A stretch of 64,000 nucleotides of DNA, taken from the NCBI GenBank assembly GCA_013697295.1, contig JACCXF010000202.1, positions 4,027 through 68,026 of the forward strand. The letters are read 5' to 3'. The notes below the pieces were generated by a model, which made no database searches, was not told where the DNA came from, and saw only the letters and a program-made list of their open reading frames with translations. The stretch is from Actinomycetota bacterium. Its GTDB lineage: Bacteria > Actinomycetota > CADDZG01 > WHSQ01. Position numbers and translations under genes: made by a program. Positions 27,216 to 36,318 of this stretch are shown piece by piece. Every line of letters starts with the position of its first letter. Position 1 is the first letter of the stretch.

Positions 27216-27998
27216 CTAACGCCCGGTGAAATCGGCCTTGCCCGGGCCCTGCTCGACGAAGGACTTCATGCCGATCTTCTGGTCCTCGCTGGCGAAGAGG
27301 GCGGCGAACGCCTGGCGCTCGATCAGCAAGCCGCTGGCGATGTCGGTCTCGATGCCACCCTGGATCGCTTGCTTGGCCGCCGCGAGAGCGACGGAGGGAC
27401 CCCGTGCGTAACGGCCGGCCAGCTTGGTGGCGGCGTCGAGCACGTCGGCCGCCGGTACGACGCGATCCACCAGCCCGATGCGCAACGCCTCCTCGGCGTC
27501 AACCATGCGGCCCGAGAAGATGATGTCCTTCGCGCGTCCGACACCGATCAGGCGAGGCATGCGCTGGGTACCTCCGGCACCCGGGATCACTCCGAGCTGG
27601 ATCTCCGGCTGGCCGAGCTTGGCGTCCTCTGCGCACACGCGGAAGTCACACGCCAGTGACAGCTCGCAGCCGCCTCCGAGGGCGTACCCGTTGACCGCTG
27701 CGATCGTGACCACCGGAAGGCGTTCCAGCCGGGTGAACACATCCTGGAACTCGCCGATGTAGCGGTACATGGAGACCGCATCGAGATCCGCCATCTCCTT
27801 GATGTCGGCGCCGGCGGCGAAGACCCGTTCACCCCCGTAGACCACCACGGCTTTGACCCTTTCATCTCGGCGAGCGGCATCCACCGCTCCTGCGATTTCG
27901 CGCGCGACCTGCGCGTTCAGCGCGTTCACCTTGGGCCGGTCGAGGCGGATCGTACCGACGCCGGCGGCGGACACCTCCAGATTCACGAATTCACCCAC
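27216..27998 (-). CDS. enoyl-CoA hydratase (crotonase family)
   Basis: 260 aa with VFAAGADIKEM and GYALGGGCELSLACD motifs. Confidence 0.9.
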   Translation of the reverse strand: MGEFVNLEVSAAGVGTIRLDRPKVNALNAQVAREIAGAVDAARRDERVKAVVVYGGERVFAAGADIKEMADLDAVSMYRYIGEFQDVFTRLERLPVVTIAAVNGYALGGGCELSLACDFRVCAEDAKLGQPEIQLGVIPGAGGTQRMPRLIGVGRAKDIIFSGRMVDAEEALRIGLVDRVVPAADVLDAATKLAGRYARGPSVALAAAKQAIQGGIETDIASGLLIERQAFAALFASEDQKIGMKSFVEQGPGKADFTGR

Positions 27999-28065
27999 GA
28001 CGACCTCCCTGGTCTGCGACGGATACCTCTGAGACAGTTCGGAATAGCCAAAGCGTAAAGCTACG

Positions 28066-28704
28066 ATGCCGCGTATGCCGGACGACTTCGAGCACCGACT
28101 GCGCGAGGAGCTGAACTCCCTCGAGCCTCGCTCCGTTCAGGTGGAGGGAACGCGCGACGCGGCCGTCCTCATCCCGATCGTGCGGGTGCCCGAGCCGACA
28201 TTGATCTTCACCCGCCGGACCGACACGCTCAGTAGCCACAGGGGGCAGATCTCGTTCCCGGGGGGTTCGATAGACCCGGACGACGCGAACCCAGCTGCCG
28301 CTGCATTGCGAGAGTCACAAGAGGAGATCGGACTGGACCCGCAGGCGGTGTCCGTCGTCGGATGCCTCGACGATCTGGAGACCTTCGTATCCGGATTCGT
28401 GGTGACGCCGGTGGTCGGATGGTTGGACGAGCGACCAGAGCTCACCCCGAATCCGATAGAGGTCGCGGAGATCATCGAAGCGCCGCTCGCGGATCTGACG
28501 GACGAGATCCGGCGGGAACCGGGCTTCTTGCACCGCGACCGGCGCTATCCGACCGAGGCGTGGGTGTGGACCGACCACGTAATCTGGGGAGTCACCGCCC
28601 GGATCCTCCGGCTCTTCATGGAGCGCTTGGCTCACGCGGGACTGGTCGAACCTCCCGGCGAGACGTCGTTCGTGTGGCCCGACGAGAACCCACTCAAGAG
28701 ATGA
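28066..28704 (+). CDS. NUDIX hydrolase, CoA pyrophosphatase type
   Basis: Nudix box FPGGSIDPDDANPAAAALRESQEEIGL, preceded by an LTRR..H.GQISFPGG-like context. Confidence 0.8.
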   Translation: MPRMPDDFEHRLREELNSLEPRSVQVEGTRDAAVLIPIVRVPEPTLIFTRRTDTLSSHRGQISFPGGSIDPDDANPAAAALRESQEEIGLDPQAVSVVGCLDDLETFVSGFVVTPVVGWLDERPELTPNPIEVAEIIEAPLADLTDEIRREPGFLHRDRRYPTEAWVWTDHVIWGVTARILRLFMERLAHAGLVEPPGETSFVWPDENPLKR

Positions 28705-28895
28705 CGACTTCGATACCCGTCGTCGAGTTCGTGGCCCAGCCCGGCTCCACCGCGCCCGCGTCGCCCACCCCGACCTCGCTGCAGGCCCCCCCGGCGGAAC
28801 CGCTGGAGATCGCCGGAGCCATCCTCGCGATCGCTCTCGCCCTCGCAGCCGCGATCCTCGGCTACCGGATCATCCGAGGCGGCCGCGGCCTCTAG
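28701..28895 (+). CDS. small C-terminally anchored membrane protein
   Basis: 64 aa (MTTSIPVVEF..LEIAGAILAIALALAAAILGYRIIRGGRGL). Its ATG overlaps the NUDIX stop (ATGA). In the ORF track it is hidden inside a longer same-frame ORF. Confidence 0.45.
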   Translation: MTTSIPVVEFVAQPGSTAPASPTPTSLQAPPAEPLEIAGAILAIALALAAAILGYRIIRGGRGL

Positions 28896-28907
28896 TTCTC
28901 AACTCCA

Positions 28908-29393
28908 TCAGGAGCAGTAGCCACCCGGCGGATCGGGTTCACAGATGGCACTGTCTAGAACGTCCAGCATCTTGGTGGTCTGCCTCTTCCTCGGCAGATC
29001 GAAGAATGTGTACCTCACGTCGTCGTAGATGAGGTCGTACTGGAAACAGTCCATGCATCCCAAGCCCGACTGCGGTTCCTCGTCCAGGCTCGTTACGGCT
29101 TCAGGAAGGAGGCGCTCCAGCTGCTCGAGGGTCTCGGGCGCGAGTGCGTACTCGATCGTCTTGGCATCGTCGGCGCCCCCCCCCGTGGTCAGCTCGGCCT
29201 CGCCATCCGAGTACACGAGCAGGTGCTGCGTGATCCCTGTGAAACCACCGCTCCGCGTGAAGTCCACGAGGACGAAGGAATCCTGTGGTGCGCTCCCCGG
29301 GTCATCCCCAGCATCGATCAGGTAGAAGGCACCGGCCGCTGCGGCCGCGATCGCGACTACGAACACGGCGAGACCGACGATCTTGCGGCTCAT
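28908..29393 (-). CDS. hypothetical exported or membrane-anchored protein
   Basis: 161 aa with an N-terminal hydrophobic segment (IVGLAVFVVAIAAAAAGAFYL) and four Cys in the C-terminal half. No family recognised. Confidence 0.55.
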   Translation of the reverse strand: MSRKIVGLAVFVVAIAAAAAGAFYLIDAGDDPGSAPQDSFVLVDFTRSGGFTGITQHLLVYSDGEAELTTGGGADDAKTIEYALAPETLEQLERLLPEAVTSLDEEPQSGLGCMDCFQYDLIYDDVRYTFFDLPRKRQTTKMLDVLDSAICEPDPPGGYCS

Positions 29394-29491
29394 GCTGGTT
29401 TCGACGATCCGAGGCTAAGCCGGGCTCCACGGCTCCTTATGCGGACCCAGCCCAGGCGCTCGCTCGGTCGCACCGTCTCGCGGGTCATCGG

Positions 29492-31141
29492 CTAGAACAT
29501 CGGGGGCTCGGTGTAGACGCCCCACTCCTCCTTCAGCGCCCGGACCATCTCGCCGAGGGTGACGTATGCCTTCGCGGCCTCGACGAGGGCCGGCACCGAA
29601 TTCCGCGACTCGTCCTGAGCCATGTCCCGCAACGCCTGGATGGCCGTCTGCGCCTTCTCCTCGTCGCGATTCGCGCGTACTTCGGCGACGTTCTTCTTCT
29701 GGCGTTCCTCGATCTCGGGGCCGATGATCAAGACGTCCGGCCCCTCCTGGACCGTCTGGGTGAACCGGTTGAGGCCGACGATGACCTTCTCGCCCTTCTC
29801 GAGGAGCCGCTGGTAGCGGAAGGCGGCATCCGCGATCTCTTGCTGGAAGTAACCTTGTTCGATGCCGGCGAGCATCCCGTCGAGGATCGAGCCGTTCCCC
29901 AGCTCGTCGATCTTGGCGAAGTACTCCTCGGCCGCCGCTTCGGTCCTGTCCGTGAGCTCCTCGACGAACCAGGATCCACCGAGTGGATCGATCACGTTTG
30001 TGACACCCGTCTCGTAACCGATGACCTGCTGGGTACGCAGCGCGATCTCGACGGCCTCTTCGGTTGGAAGGGCCAGCACCTCGTCGAGGGAATTCGTGTG
30101 CAGGGACTGCGTGCCACCGAGCACCGCGGCCAGCGCCTCGGTCGTGGTCCTCACGACGTTGTTGTAGGGCTGCTGTGCCGTGAGCGAGACGCCGGCGGTC
30201 TGGGTGTGGAACTTGAGCATCCACGACCGCTCCTTCTTGGCGCCGTAACGATCTTTCATCCAGCGAGCCCAGATGCGCCGCGCGGCCCTGAACTTGGCGA
30301 TCTCTTCGAAGAAGTCCACGTGCGAGTTGAAAAAGTACGACAGGCCGGGGGCGAAGTCATCGACGTCCAGCCCACGCCGTTGCCCGAGTTCCACGTGCGC
30401 GAAGCCGGAGGCAACCGTGAACGCGAGCTCCTGAACCGCCGTCGAGCCCGCCTCGCGTATGTGATAGCCCGAGATCGACAGCGGGTGGTACTTCGGCACG
30501 TCGGATACACAGAACTCCATCATGTCGGCGGTGAGCCGGAGATGTGGGTCCGGCGGGAACAGCCATTCCTTCTGTGCGATGTATTCCTTGAGGATGTCGG
30601 TCTGGCACGTGCCGCCCAACTTGGAGACATTGGTCCCCTGCTTCTCGGCGGCCGCGATATAGAACGCGAACAACATGGGGGCCGGTCCCGAGATCGTCAT
30701 CGACGTGGTGATCGCGCCGAGGTCTATGTCCTGAAAGAGGATCTCCATGTCGGCGAGGGAGTCGACGGCGACGCCGCAGCGTCCGACCTCGCCCTCGGAC
30801 TCGGGCTCGTCCGAATCCCGTCCCATGAGCGTCGGCATGTCGAAAGCGACCGACAGCCCCGTCTGGCCCTGGTCGAGCAGGAACTTGTAGCGTTCGTTCG
30901 TCTGACTCGGGGTCCCGAATCCCGAGAATTGCCGCATGGTCCACAGCCGTCCCCGGTACCCGGTCGGATAGATACCGCGCGTGAACGGATACTCCCCAGG
31001 CACGCCGATGACATCGACCGGATCGGGAGGCCCGTAGAGAGGCTCCACCTTCACACTGGACAACGTGTCGAAGTCGACGTCCTCACGAAGCGAGGCCGCC
31101 TTGTACCGCTCGCGCCACCGCCCAAGCAACTCGTCCGACAT
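29492..31141 (-). CDS. methylmalonyl-CoA mutase family, catalytic (substrate-binding) subunit without B12-binding domain
   Basis: 549 aa with YPFTRGIYPTGYRGRLWTMRQFSGFGT and the rest of the TIM-barrel domain. It ends before the cobalamin-binding domain. Confidence 0.9.
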   Translation of the reverse strand: MSDELLGRWRERYKAASLREDVDFDTLSSVKVEPLYGPPDPVDVIGVPGEYPFTRGIYPTGYRGRLWTMRQFSGFGTPSQTNERYKFLLDQGQTGLSVAFDMPTLMGRDSDEPESEGEVGRCGVAVDSLADMEILFQDIDLGAITTSMTISGPAPMLFAFYIAAAEKQGTNVSKLGGTCQTDILKEYIAQKEWLFPPDPHLRLTADMMEFCVSDVPKYHPLSISGYHIREAGSTAVQELAFTVASGFAHVELGQRRGLDVDDFAPGLSYFFNSHVDFFEEIAKFRAARRIWARWMKDRYGAKKERSWMLKFHTQTAGVSLTAQQPYNNVVRTTTEALAAVLGGTQSLHTNSLDEVLALPTEEAVEIALRTQQVIGYETGVTNVIDPLGGSWFVEELTDRTEAAAEEYFAKIDELGNGSILDGMLAGIEQGYFQQEIADAAFRYQRLLEKGEKVIVGLNRFTQTVQEGPDVLIIGPEIEERQKKNVAEVRANRDEEKAQTAIQALRDMAQDESRNSVPALVEAAKAYVTLGEMVRALKEEWGVYTEPPMF

Positions 31142-31176
31142 AACCCGAGTCTACCGGCGCCCACCAACGTCCCGGT

Positions 31177-31199
31177 GCGGAGAGCGAACGCAAGCCCGC
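31177..31199. repeat. direct repeat R1 (GCGGAGAGCGAACGCAAGCCCGC)
   Basis: 22 of 23 nt identical to 31402-31424, 225 bp away. A degenerate third copy lies at 31350-31371. Confidence 0.7.
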
Positions 31200-31401
31200 C
31201 TACGTGGGTGACGTCTATCAGCCGTGACGGTGCGGCCCCCCAACTTGCGCGACCACCGTGATGGCGCCCGAGTCGACCAGCCGTTGGCGATGCGGCCACT
31301 GGGAGGGAGGACTTGCGCAGAAGCAGCCGCCTACGGCGTCTGCTTCGGAGCGGAGCGAGCGCAGCGAGCGGGGACGACCGGGGTGGGCGCAGCCGTCAAC
31401 G

Positions 31402-31424
31402 GCGGAGAGCGACCGCAAGCCCGC
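31402..31424. repeat. direct repeat R2 (GCGGAGAGCGACCGCAAGCCCGC)
   Basis: Lies immediately after the meaB stop codon (31427-31429). Partner of R1. Confidence 0.7.
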
Positions 31425-31426
31425 GG

Positions 31427-32356
31427 CTACAGCGCGTCGACGAGGCGGTCGGCGGCCTGGTAGGGCGTGAGGCGGCGGGCGTGCACCTCGGTCGCCATCT
31501 CGGTGAGCAAGTCGGACGCCTTCGTGTCCAGCAGCTCTCGATAACGCGCGGCGACGATCTCGCGGAGCTCGCGTTCGATCCTGCGGCGGCGCCTCTTCTC
31601 GAGGAGGCCGTTCTGTTCCTGGTGAGCGCGGTGCCGGAGGGTCGCGTCCCATAGCTCGTCGATGCCTTCGCCCTTCACGGCGACGGTCTGGATGATCTCG
31701 GGCTTCCATGTCGCGACGGACAGATCGAGCATCTGCTTCAGCTCGCGCACGGTGTCGCGAGCGCCTTGCCGGTCCGCCTTATTCACAACAAAAACATCGG
31801 CGATCTCCATCAATCCCGCCTTGGCCGCCTGCACAGCGTCGCCCCAGCCGGGATTGACCACCACCAGCGTGGTGTCACACGCATCGGTGATCTCGACTTC
31901 GGCCTGGCCTACGCCGACGGTTTCGATGATCACGATGTCTTTGCCGACCGCATCGAGCACCCGGACGGCCTCGGGGGTCGCGAGGGAGATCCCGCCCAGA
32001 TGGCCGCGCGTCGCCATCGATCTGATGAAGACGTCGGGGTCCAGTGCATGCGATTGCATGCGCACCCGGTCGCCAAGAAGAGCCCCGCCCGAGAACGGGC
32101 TCGAGGGGTCGACCGCGAGAACACCGACCTTGTTGTCGTCACGACGAGCCCGCGCGACCAGACGCTCGGTAAGTGTCGACTTCCCCGCTCCCGGAGCCCC
32201 CGTTATCCCAATCGAATAGGCCCGACCGGTCAGAGGGTACAGCTCCTTCATGAGAGAGGCGACCTCGTCGCCGCCGTCCTCGACGGCCGAGATCAGGCGA
32301 GCGATGGCCCGGCGCTCACCGCCCCGGGCGCGCTCAACCAGGGAGCTGTCGTCCAA
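31427..32356 (-). CDS. meaB: methylmalonyl-CoA mutase-associated GTPase
   Basis: P-loop GITGAPGAGKSTL, IIETVGVGQ and NKAD motifs; 309 aa. Confidence 0.9.
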   Translation of the reverse strand: MDDSSLVERARGGERRAIARLISAVEDGGDEVASLMKELYPLTGRAYSIGITGAPGAGKSTLTERLVARARRDDNKVGVLAVDPSSPFSGGALLGDRVRMQSHALDPDVFIRSMATRGHLGGISLATPEAVRVLDAVGKDIVIIETVGVGQAEVEITDACDTTLVVVNPGWGDAVQAAKAGLMEIADVFVVNKADRQGARDTVRELKQMLDLSVATWKPEIIQTVAVKGEGIDELWDATLRHRAHQEQNGLLEKRRRRRIERELREIVAARYRELLDTKASDLLTEMATEVHARRLTPYQAADRLVDAL

Positions 32357-32361
32357 GGGGA

Positions 32362-32601
32362 TCAGGCCTCTATCGCGATGACTTCTGTGACACCGGGAAC
32401 ACGCTCGCGCAGGATGCGCTCGACGCCTTGCTTGAGCGTCACCGGTGAGATCGGACAGGTCTCACAGGTTCCTAGAAGCTGAACCGTCACGGTGCCCCCG
32501 GAAACGCTTTCGAGCTTGATGTCGCCACCGTCCATCTGGATGGCTGGGCGGATCAACTCGAGTGCGGCCCTTACCTGTTCCTCCATGACGATTGTTTCCA
32601 T
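32362..32601 (-). CDS. NifU-like (Nfu C-terminal domain) Fe-S cluster protein
   Basis: 79 aa with GGDIKLESV..GTVTVQLLGTCETCP motif. Overlaps the 3' end of the SpoIID gene by about 30 nt. Confidence 0.8.
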   Translation of the reverse strand: METIVMEEQVRAALELIRPAIQMDGGDIKLESVSGGTVTVQLLGTCETCPISPVTLKQGVERILRERVPGVTEVIAIEA

Positions 32602-34274
32602 CGCAAGATTCTACTTCCTAGAACCACTACGAAGGCGGCGGCGAAAATGACCCCCAGCGCCCATAACCAGGGGAATCCCTCGTCCTCTGACCGATCGCTC
32701 GTCGCCTCCGGGCGATCGGTCGCTCCGGCGTCGGCCTCGGCGGGCTGCTCGACGAGGATCGTGATCGATTCACTGCTGCGCGCGTCCTTGCCTGTGGCCG
32801 CCGCCACTCGGACCTCGTAGCGGCCCGGTTCATCTGGGGCGGTCCAGGAGACGCGGCTCCTTCCCGCCGTCTTCACGGCGCCCTGCGCTCCGGTTCCGGG
32901 TTCATGTTGTGCCTCGACGACCGCGGGTCTGGAAAGCGCGATCGTTAGCCGCGCCTTGCGTCCGGCGATGACTCGCTCCGGTGCGTGGATGATGCCGACG
33001 CGAAGCGGAAGCCCATATCCCCGTGGAGTGTCGACGGCAACCGCCCCGGATCCCGCCCATCGGAAGGTCCAGTCCCCCAGTGCGTCGCGCACCAGGGTGC
33101 GCCCCCGACCGTCGACGATCCGGAAGGAACCGTTCACCGTCACGGCCTTTCGCCCCCACGCGACTCCGACGCTGAGCGCGCCCGGGTCCTCGACCTCGTC
33201 GACCTCAGTGCCCGTGTAGTAGTGGCGGAGGATGTCTTCATAGCCCTCACCGAGGCGCGCCATCCCGTGAGCCCCCCACTGAGACATGCCCACAGCGTGT
33301 CCCCAGCCGCGACCGGCGACCCGAACGATCTTCCTCTCGGTCCGGATCGTCAGGCGATTGGACGGCCACGTCTCAGGGAGCCGGCCCGTAGCCGTTAGTG
33401 CCAGCGACGGATACTTCGACGGAAACATCGCCGGGGCGACGTCGCGGATCACCTCCCTTGCTTCCTCTACGGTTCGCCTCAACCGTCCCTTGGATCCTCG
33501 GAAGATGATGTCCGGGTAGTGGAGCCCGGTGCGAGAGGGAACGCTCCGCACCTTGCGCAAGCGCCCTGCGGAACTCCACCATCCGGCGCGCTCGAGGATC
33601 GCTTGAAGGTCTTTCAGGGTGAACGACGTTCGCCATCGATAGAGAGGAGAACCCTTTTCCGTAGTGCTCGGGACCGAGACCAGGTACGGGTAGTCACCCT
33701 CGTCGGGGAAGGCATCCGAGTTATCGAGCGTCATCCCGCCGGTCGTGGATGAGTACCGGGCCAGGATCGGTTCGCCTTCGTACAGCACGGCCTCGCCGGC
33801 GGTGGCGCGTACCGCCTCGGTCCACCGGCGGCCGTCGGCCGACGTTGCTACGGCTGCACCCGAAAACACCTGGCATTCGATCGAAGCGCAGATATCGAAT
33901 CCGTAGACGGCGGCGCTTCCTCCCGGAGGCTTCGCCAGCGTCCACAACGCGTAGGTGCGGGCGGCGACGGCTTGCGCTTTCAACGCCTCTTCGGGCCAGT
34001 CGGTCGGCACCTCGTTGAGTCCGAGCAGGTAATCCTCCAGGCCCAATCGGTTCGTGACGACGATGCCGTCGCTCGCCGAATCCAGGCCGATCTGTCCGAA
34101 GTAGGGATTCAGGCCCGGAACGCCCAACGGATCCGAACGGTTCGGGATCACTCGAACCGGAGCCACGACGGCAGCCAGCTTCCGCTTGGCGATCGCCGGT
34201 TGGGGGACGGCGACGAGGGTGGCCAATGCAGCCAGTGCGGCGGCGCGCGCCGCCGTTCTCGGTCCGGGAGTCAT
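32571..34274 (-). CDS. SpoIID/LytB domain protein
   Basis: 567 aa: signal-like N-terminus, SpoIID core (..YALWT..ICASIECQVF..ARYSSTTGGMT), and a C-terminal transmembrane anchor. Confidence 0.8.
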   Translation of the reverse strand: MTPGPRTAARAAALAALATLVAVPQPAIAKRKLAAVVAPVRVIPNRSDPLGVPGLNPYFGQIGLDSASDGIVVTNRLGLEDYLLGLNEVPTDWPEEALKAQAVAARTYALWTLAKPPGGSAAVYGFDICASIECQVFSGAAVATSADGRRWTEAVRATAGEAVLYEGEPILARYSSTTGGMTLDNSDAFPDEGDYPYLVSVPSTTEKGSPLYRWRTSFTLKDLQAILERAGWWSSAGRLRKVRSVPSRTGLHYPDIIFRGSKGRLRRTVEEAREVIRDVAPAMFPSKYPSLALTATGRLPETWPSNRLTIRTERKIVRVAGRGWGHAVGMSQWGAHGMARLGEGYEDILRHYYTGTEVDEVEDPGALSVGVAWGRKAVTVNGSFRIVDGRGRTLVRDALGDWTFRWAGSGAVAVDTPRGYGLPLRVGIIHAPERVIAGRKARLTIALSRPAVVEAQHEPGTGAQGAVKTAGRSRVSWTAPDEPGRYEVRVAAATGKDARSSESITILVEQPAEADAGATDRPEATSDRSEDEGFPWLWALGVIFAAAFVVVLGSRILRWKQSSWRNR

Positions 34275-34317
34275 GCAGCGAGGGTAGGCGCAGAGGGCGG
34301 CTAACCGTTACAGAGGG

Positions 34318-35586
34318 TCACGCGTCGGTGACCGCGACCTCGATGTCCGCCCCCAGCCCGCGCAGCTTCTCGTCGAAGTCCTCGTATCCTCGGCCGATGT
34401 GGCCGGGGTCGTGGATCTCAGTACGACCCTGCGCGCACAACCCGCTCAGAACCAAAGCCGCGCCCGCCCTGATGTCGGGAACGCGCACGGGGGCCCCCGA
34501 CAGCTTCTCGACCCCCCGGATCACGGCATGGTGGCCCTCGACACGGATACGAGTACCCATGCGATTGAGCTCGTCGACGAAGATGAAGCGAGCTTCGAAG
34601 ACGTTCTCGGTGAGGATCGAAGAACCGTCCGACTGCGACAGGAGCACCATCATCATCGGCTGCAGGTCCGTTGGGAATCCAGGATAAGGAAGCGTGACCA
34701 GGTCAAGTGCGCTTGGCCTCCGGTGCATCGTCACCCTCACACCATCGTCCCCACGTTGTACCTCCGCTCCGACCTCCTCGAGCTTTTGTAGAGGCAGTTC
34801 GAGGTGGTCGGCGCGAGCCTCCTTCAGCAGTACATCACCCCTCGTGGCCACGGCCATCACGGCGAACGTTCCGGCCTCGATACGGTCTGGGATGATCTTG
34901 TGCTCGACAGAGGTCAGACGCTCCACTCCCTCCACCGCGATCGAGGGACTACCCGCTCCGTCGATACGCGCGCCTGCCGCATTGAGGAACTGAGCGAGAT
35001 CCTGGATCTCCGGCTCTCTGGCCGCGTTCTCGATCGTGGTCGTTCCCTCAGCCGTGACCGCGGACATCAGCAGGTTCTCGGTGGCGCCCACGGATGGAAA
35101 CTCGAGCAGCACGTTGACACCCCGCAACCGGTCGCACATGCCCTCGACATACCCGTGCTCGGCCTGGAACTTCGCCCCCATGCGTTCGAGGCCCGAGAGA
35201 TGAAGATCGATCGGGCGGGACCCGATCGCGTCGCCACCGGGCATCGCAACGCGTGCCCGGCCCAATCGCGCGAGAAGGGGGCCCAGCACCTGTATCGAGG
35301 CACGCATCTTCGTCACGAGCTCGTACGGGGTCTCTTCAGACAGTTCCCCCGAGGCGTCGATGACGAGGCGGTCGCCTTCGAACGACACGCCGGCGCCGAG
35401 TTGCTCCAGGACCTGCGCCATCAAGAAGACGTCGCGGATCCGAGGCACCCGCTCGAGGGTGACTTCGTCCGGGATCATCAAGGAGGCCACCATGAGCTTC
35501 AGCGTGGAGTTCTTAGCTCCACTGATCTGAACGTCCCCGGCGAGCCTGACGGGCCCCTTGATCACGTACTTCTTCACGCCGAGCAT
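34318..35586 (-). CDS. murA: UDP-N-acetylglucosamine 1-carboxyvinyltransferase
   Basis: KKYVIKGPVRLAGDVQISGAKNS N-terminus and MPGGDAIGSRPIDLH loop. Start is uncertain (ATG 35586, GTG 35577 or TTG 35622). Confidence 0.93.
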   Translation of the reverse strand: MLGVKKYVIKGPVRLAGDVQISGAKNSTLKLMVASLMIPDEVTLERVPRIRDVFLMAQVLEQLGAGVSFEGDRLVIDASGELSEETPYELVTKMRASIQVLGPLLARLGRARVAMPGGDAIGSRPIDLHLSGLERMGAKFQAEHGYVEGMCDRLRGVNVLLEFPSVGATENLLMSAVTAEGTTTIENAAREPEIQDLAQFLNAAGARIDGAGSPSIAVEGVERLTSVEHKIIPDRIEAGTFAVMAVATRGDVLLKEARADHLELPLQKLEEVGAEVQRGDDGVRVTMHRRPSALDLVTLPYPGFPTDLQPMMMVLLSQSDGSSILTENVFEARFIFVDELNRMGTRIRVEGHHAVIRGVEKLSGAPVRVPDIRAGAALVLSGLCAQGRTEIHDPGHIGRGYEDFDEKLRGLGADIEVAVTDA

Positions 35587-35670
35587 CCTAAGCAACGACC
35601 CTGCCTCGCGGCGTACTCCCAACGAGAAAGGCCCCGGGCGATCCCGGGGCCCCTCCTGGTTGCTTGGCTG

Positions 35671-36318
35671 CTACCGCCTGCGGATCGTCTTCCGACGGCT
35701 CGCCGGCTTTCTACGAGCGGTGGATTTGGATCCGGTCGCCTTACGGCGCGTCCCGGTCGCCTTGCCTCGGGTGGACTTCCTAGCAGTGGACTTGCGTCCG
35801 GTGGTCTTCTTGCGACCCGTCGACTTGCGTCCGGTGGTCTTCTTACGGCCCGTCGACTTTCTGCGGGCGGCGCCCTTCCGACCAGCGGCCTTCCTGCGGG
35901 CCGTGGTTCGTTTCCTGGTCGCTGCGGCCTTCCGACCGGCGGCCCTGCGCGCCGTGGACTTGCGGCCCGTGGTCTTCTTGCGGCCCGTGGTCTTCTTGCG
36001 GCCCGTGGACTTCTTTCGAGCGGTTGCCTTCCCGCCCTTCCGCCCTGCGGCCTTCCTGCGGGCGGTGGTCCTCTTCCTGGTGGCGGCGGCCTTCCGACCA
36101 GCGGCCTTGCGCGCCGTGGACTTGCGCCCCGTCGTCTTCCGAGCGGTGGTCTTCTTGCGGCCCGTCGACTTCCGAGCTGTGGTCTTGCGGCCCGTCGTCT
36201 TCTTCCGGCCGGTCGTCTTCTTCCGGCCGGTCGACTTCCCAGCGGTGGACTTGCGTCCCGTGCTCTTCCTTCGGGCGGTGGTCTTTTTTCTGCCCGTGGT
36301 CTTCCTGCGTCCGGTCGA
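35671..36318 (-). repeat. tandem 18-bp coding repeats with a 162-bp higher-order duplication
   Basis: Example: GGCCTTCCGACCGGCGGCCCTGCGCGCCGTGGACTTGCG recurs 162 bp later with 2-3 changes. Because of the periodicity, ORFs stay open in several frames on both strands here. Confidence 0.8.

Noticed and set aside
29285-31261. Very long ORFs antisense to real genes. Examples: 29285-31261 (+), 4072-5379 (+), 20037-21299 (+), 22574-23770 (+), 43045-44118 (+), 48236-49498 (-), 51443-52477 (+), 53292-54284 (+), 62095-63093 (+).
   Set aside because: Their translations are Arg/Pro/Gly/His-rich with no motifs, and each lies opposite a gene with clear family signatures. Long open antisense frames are expected in high-GC DNA.
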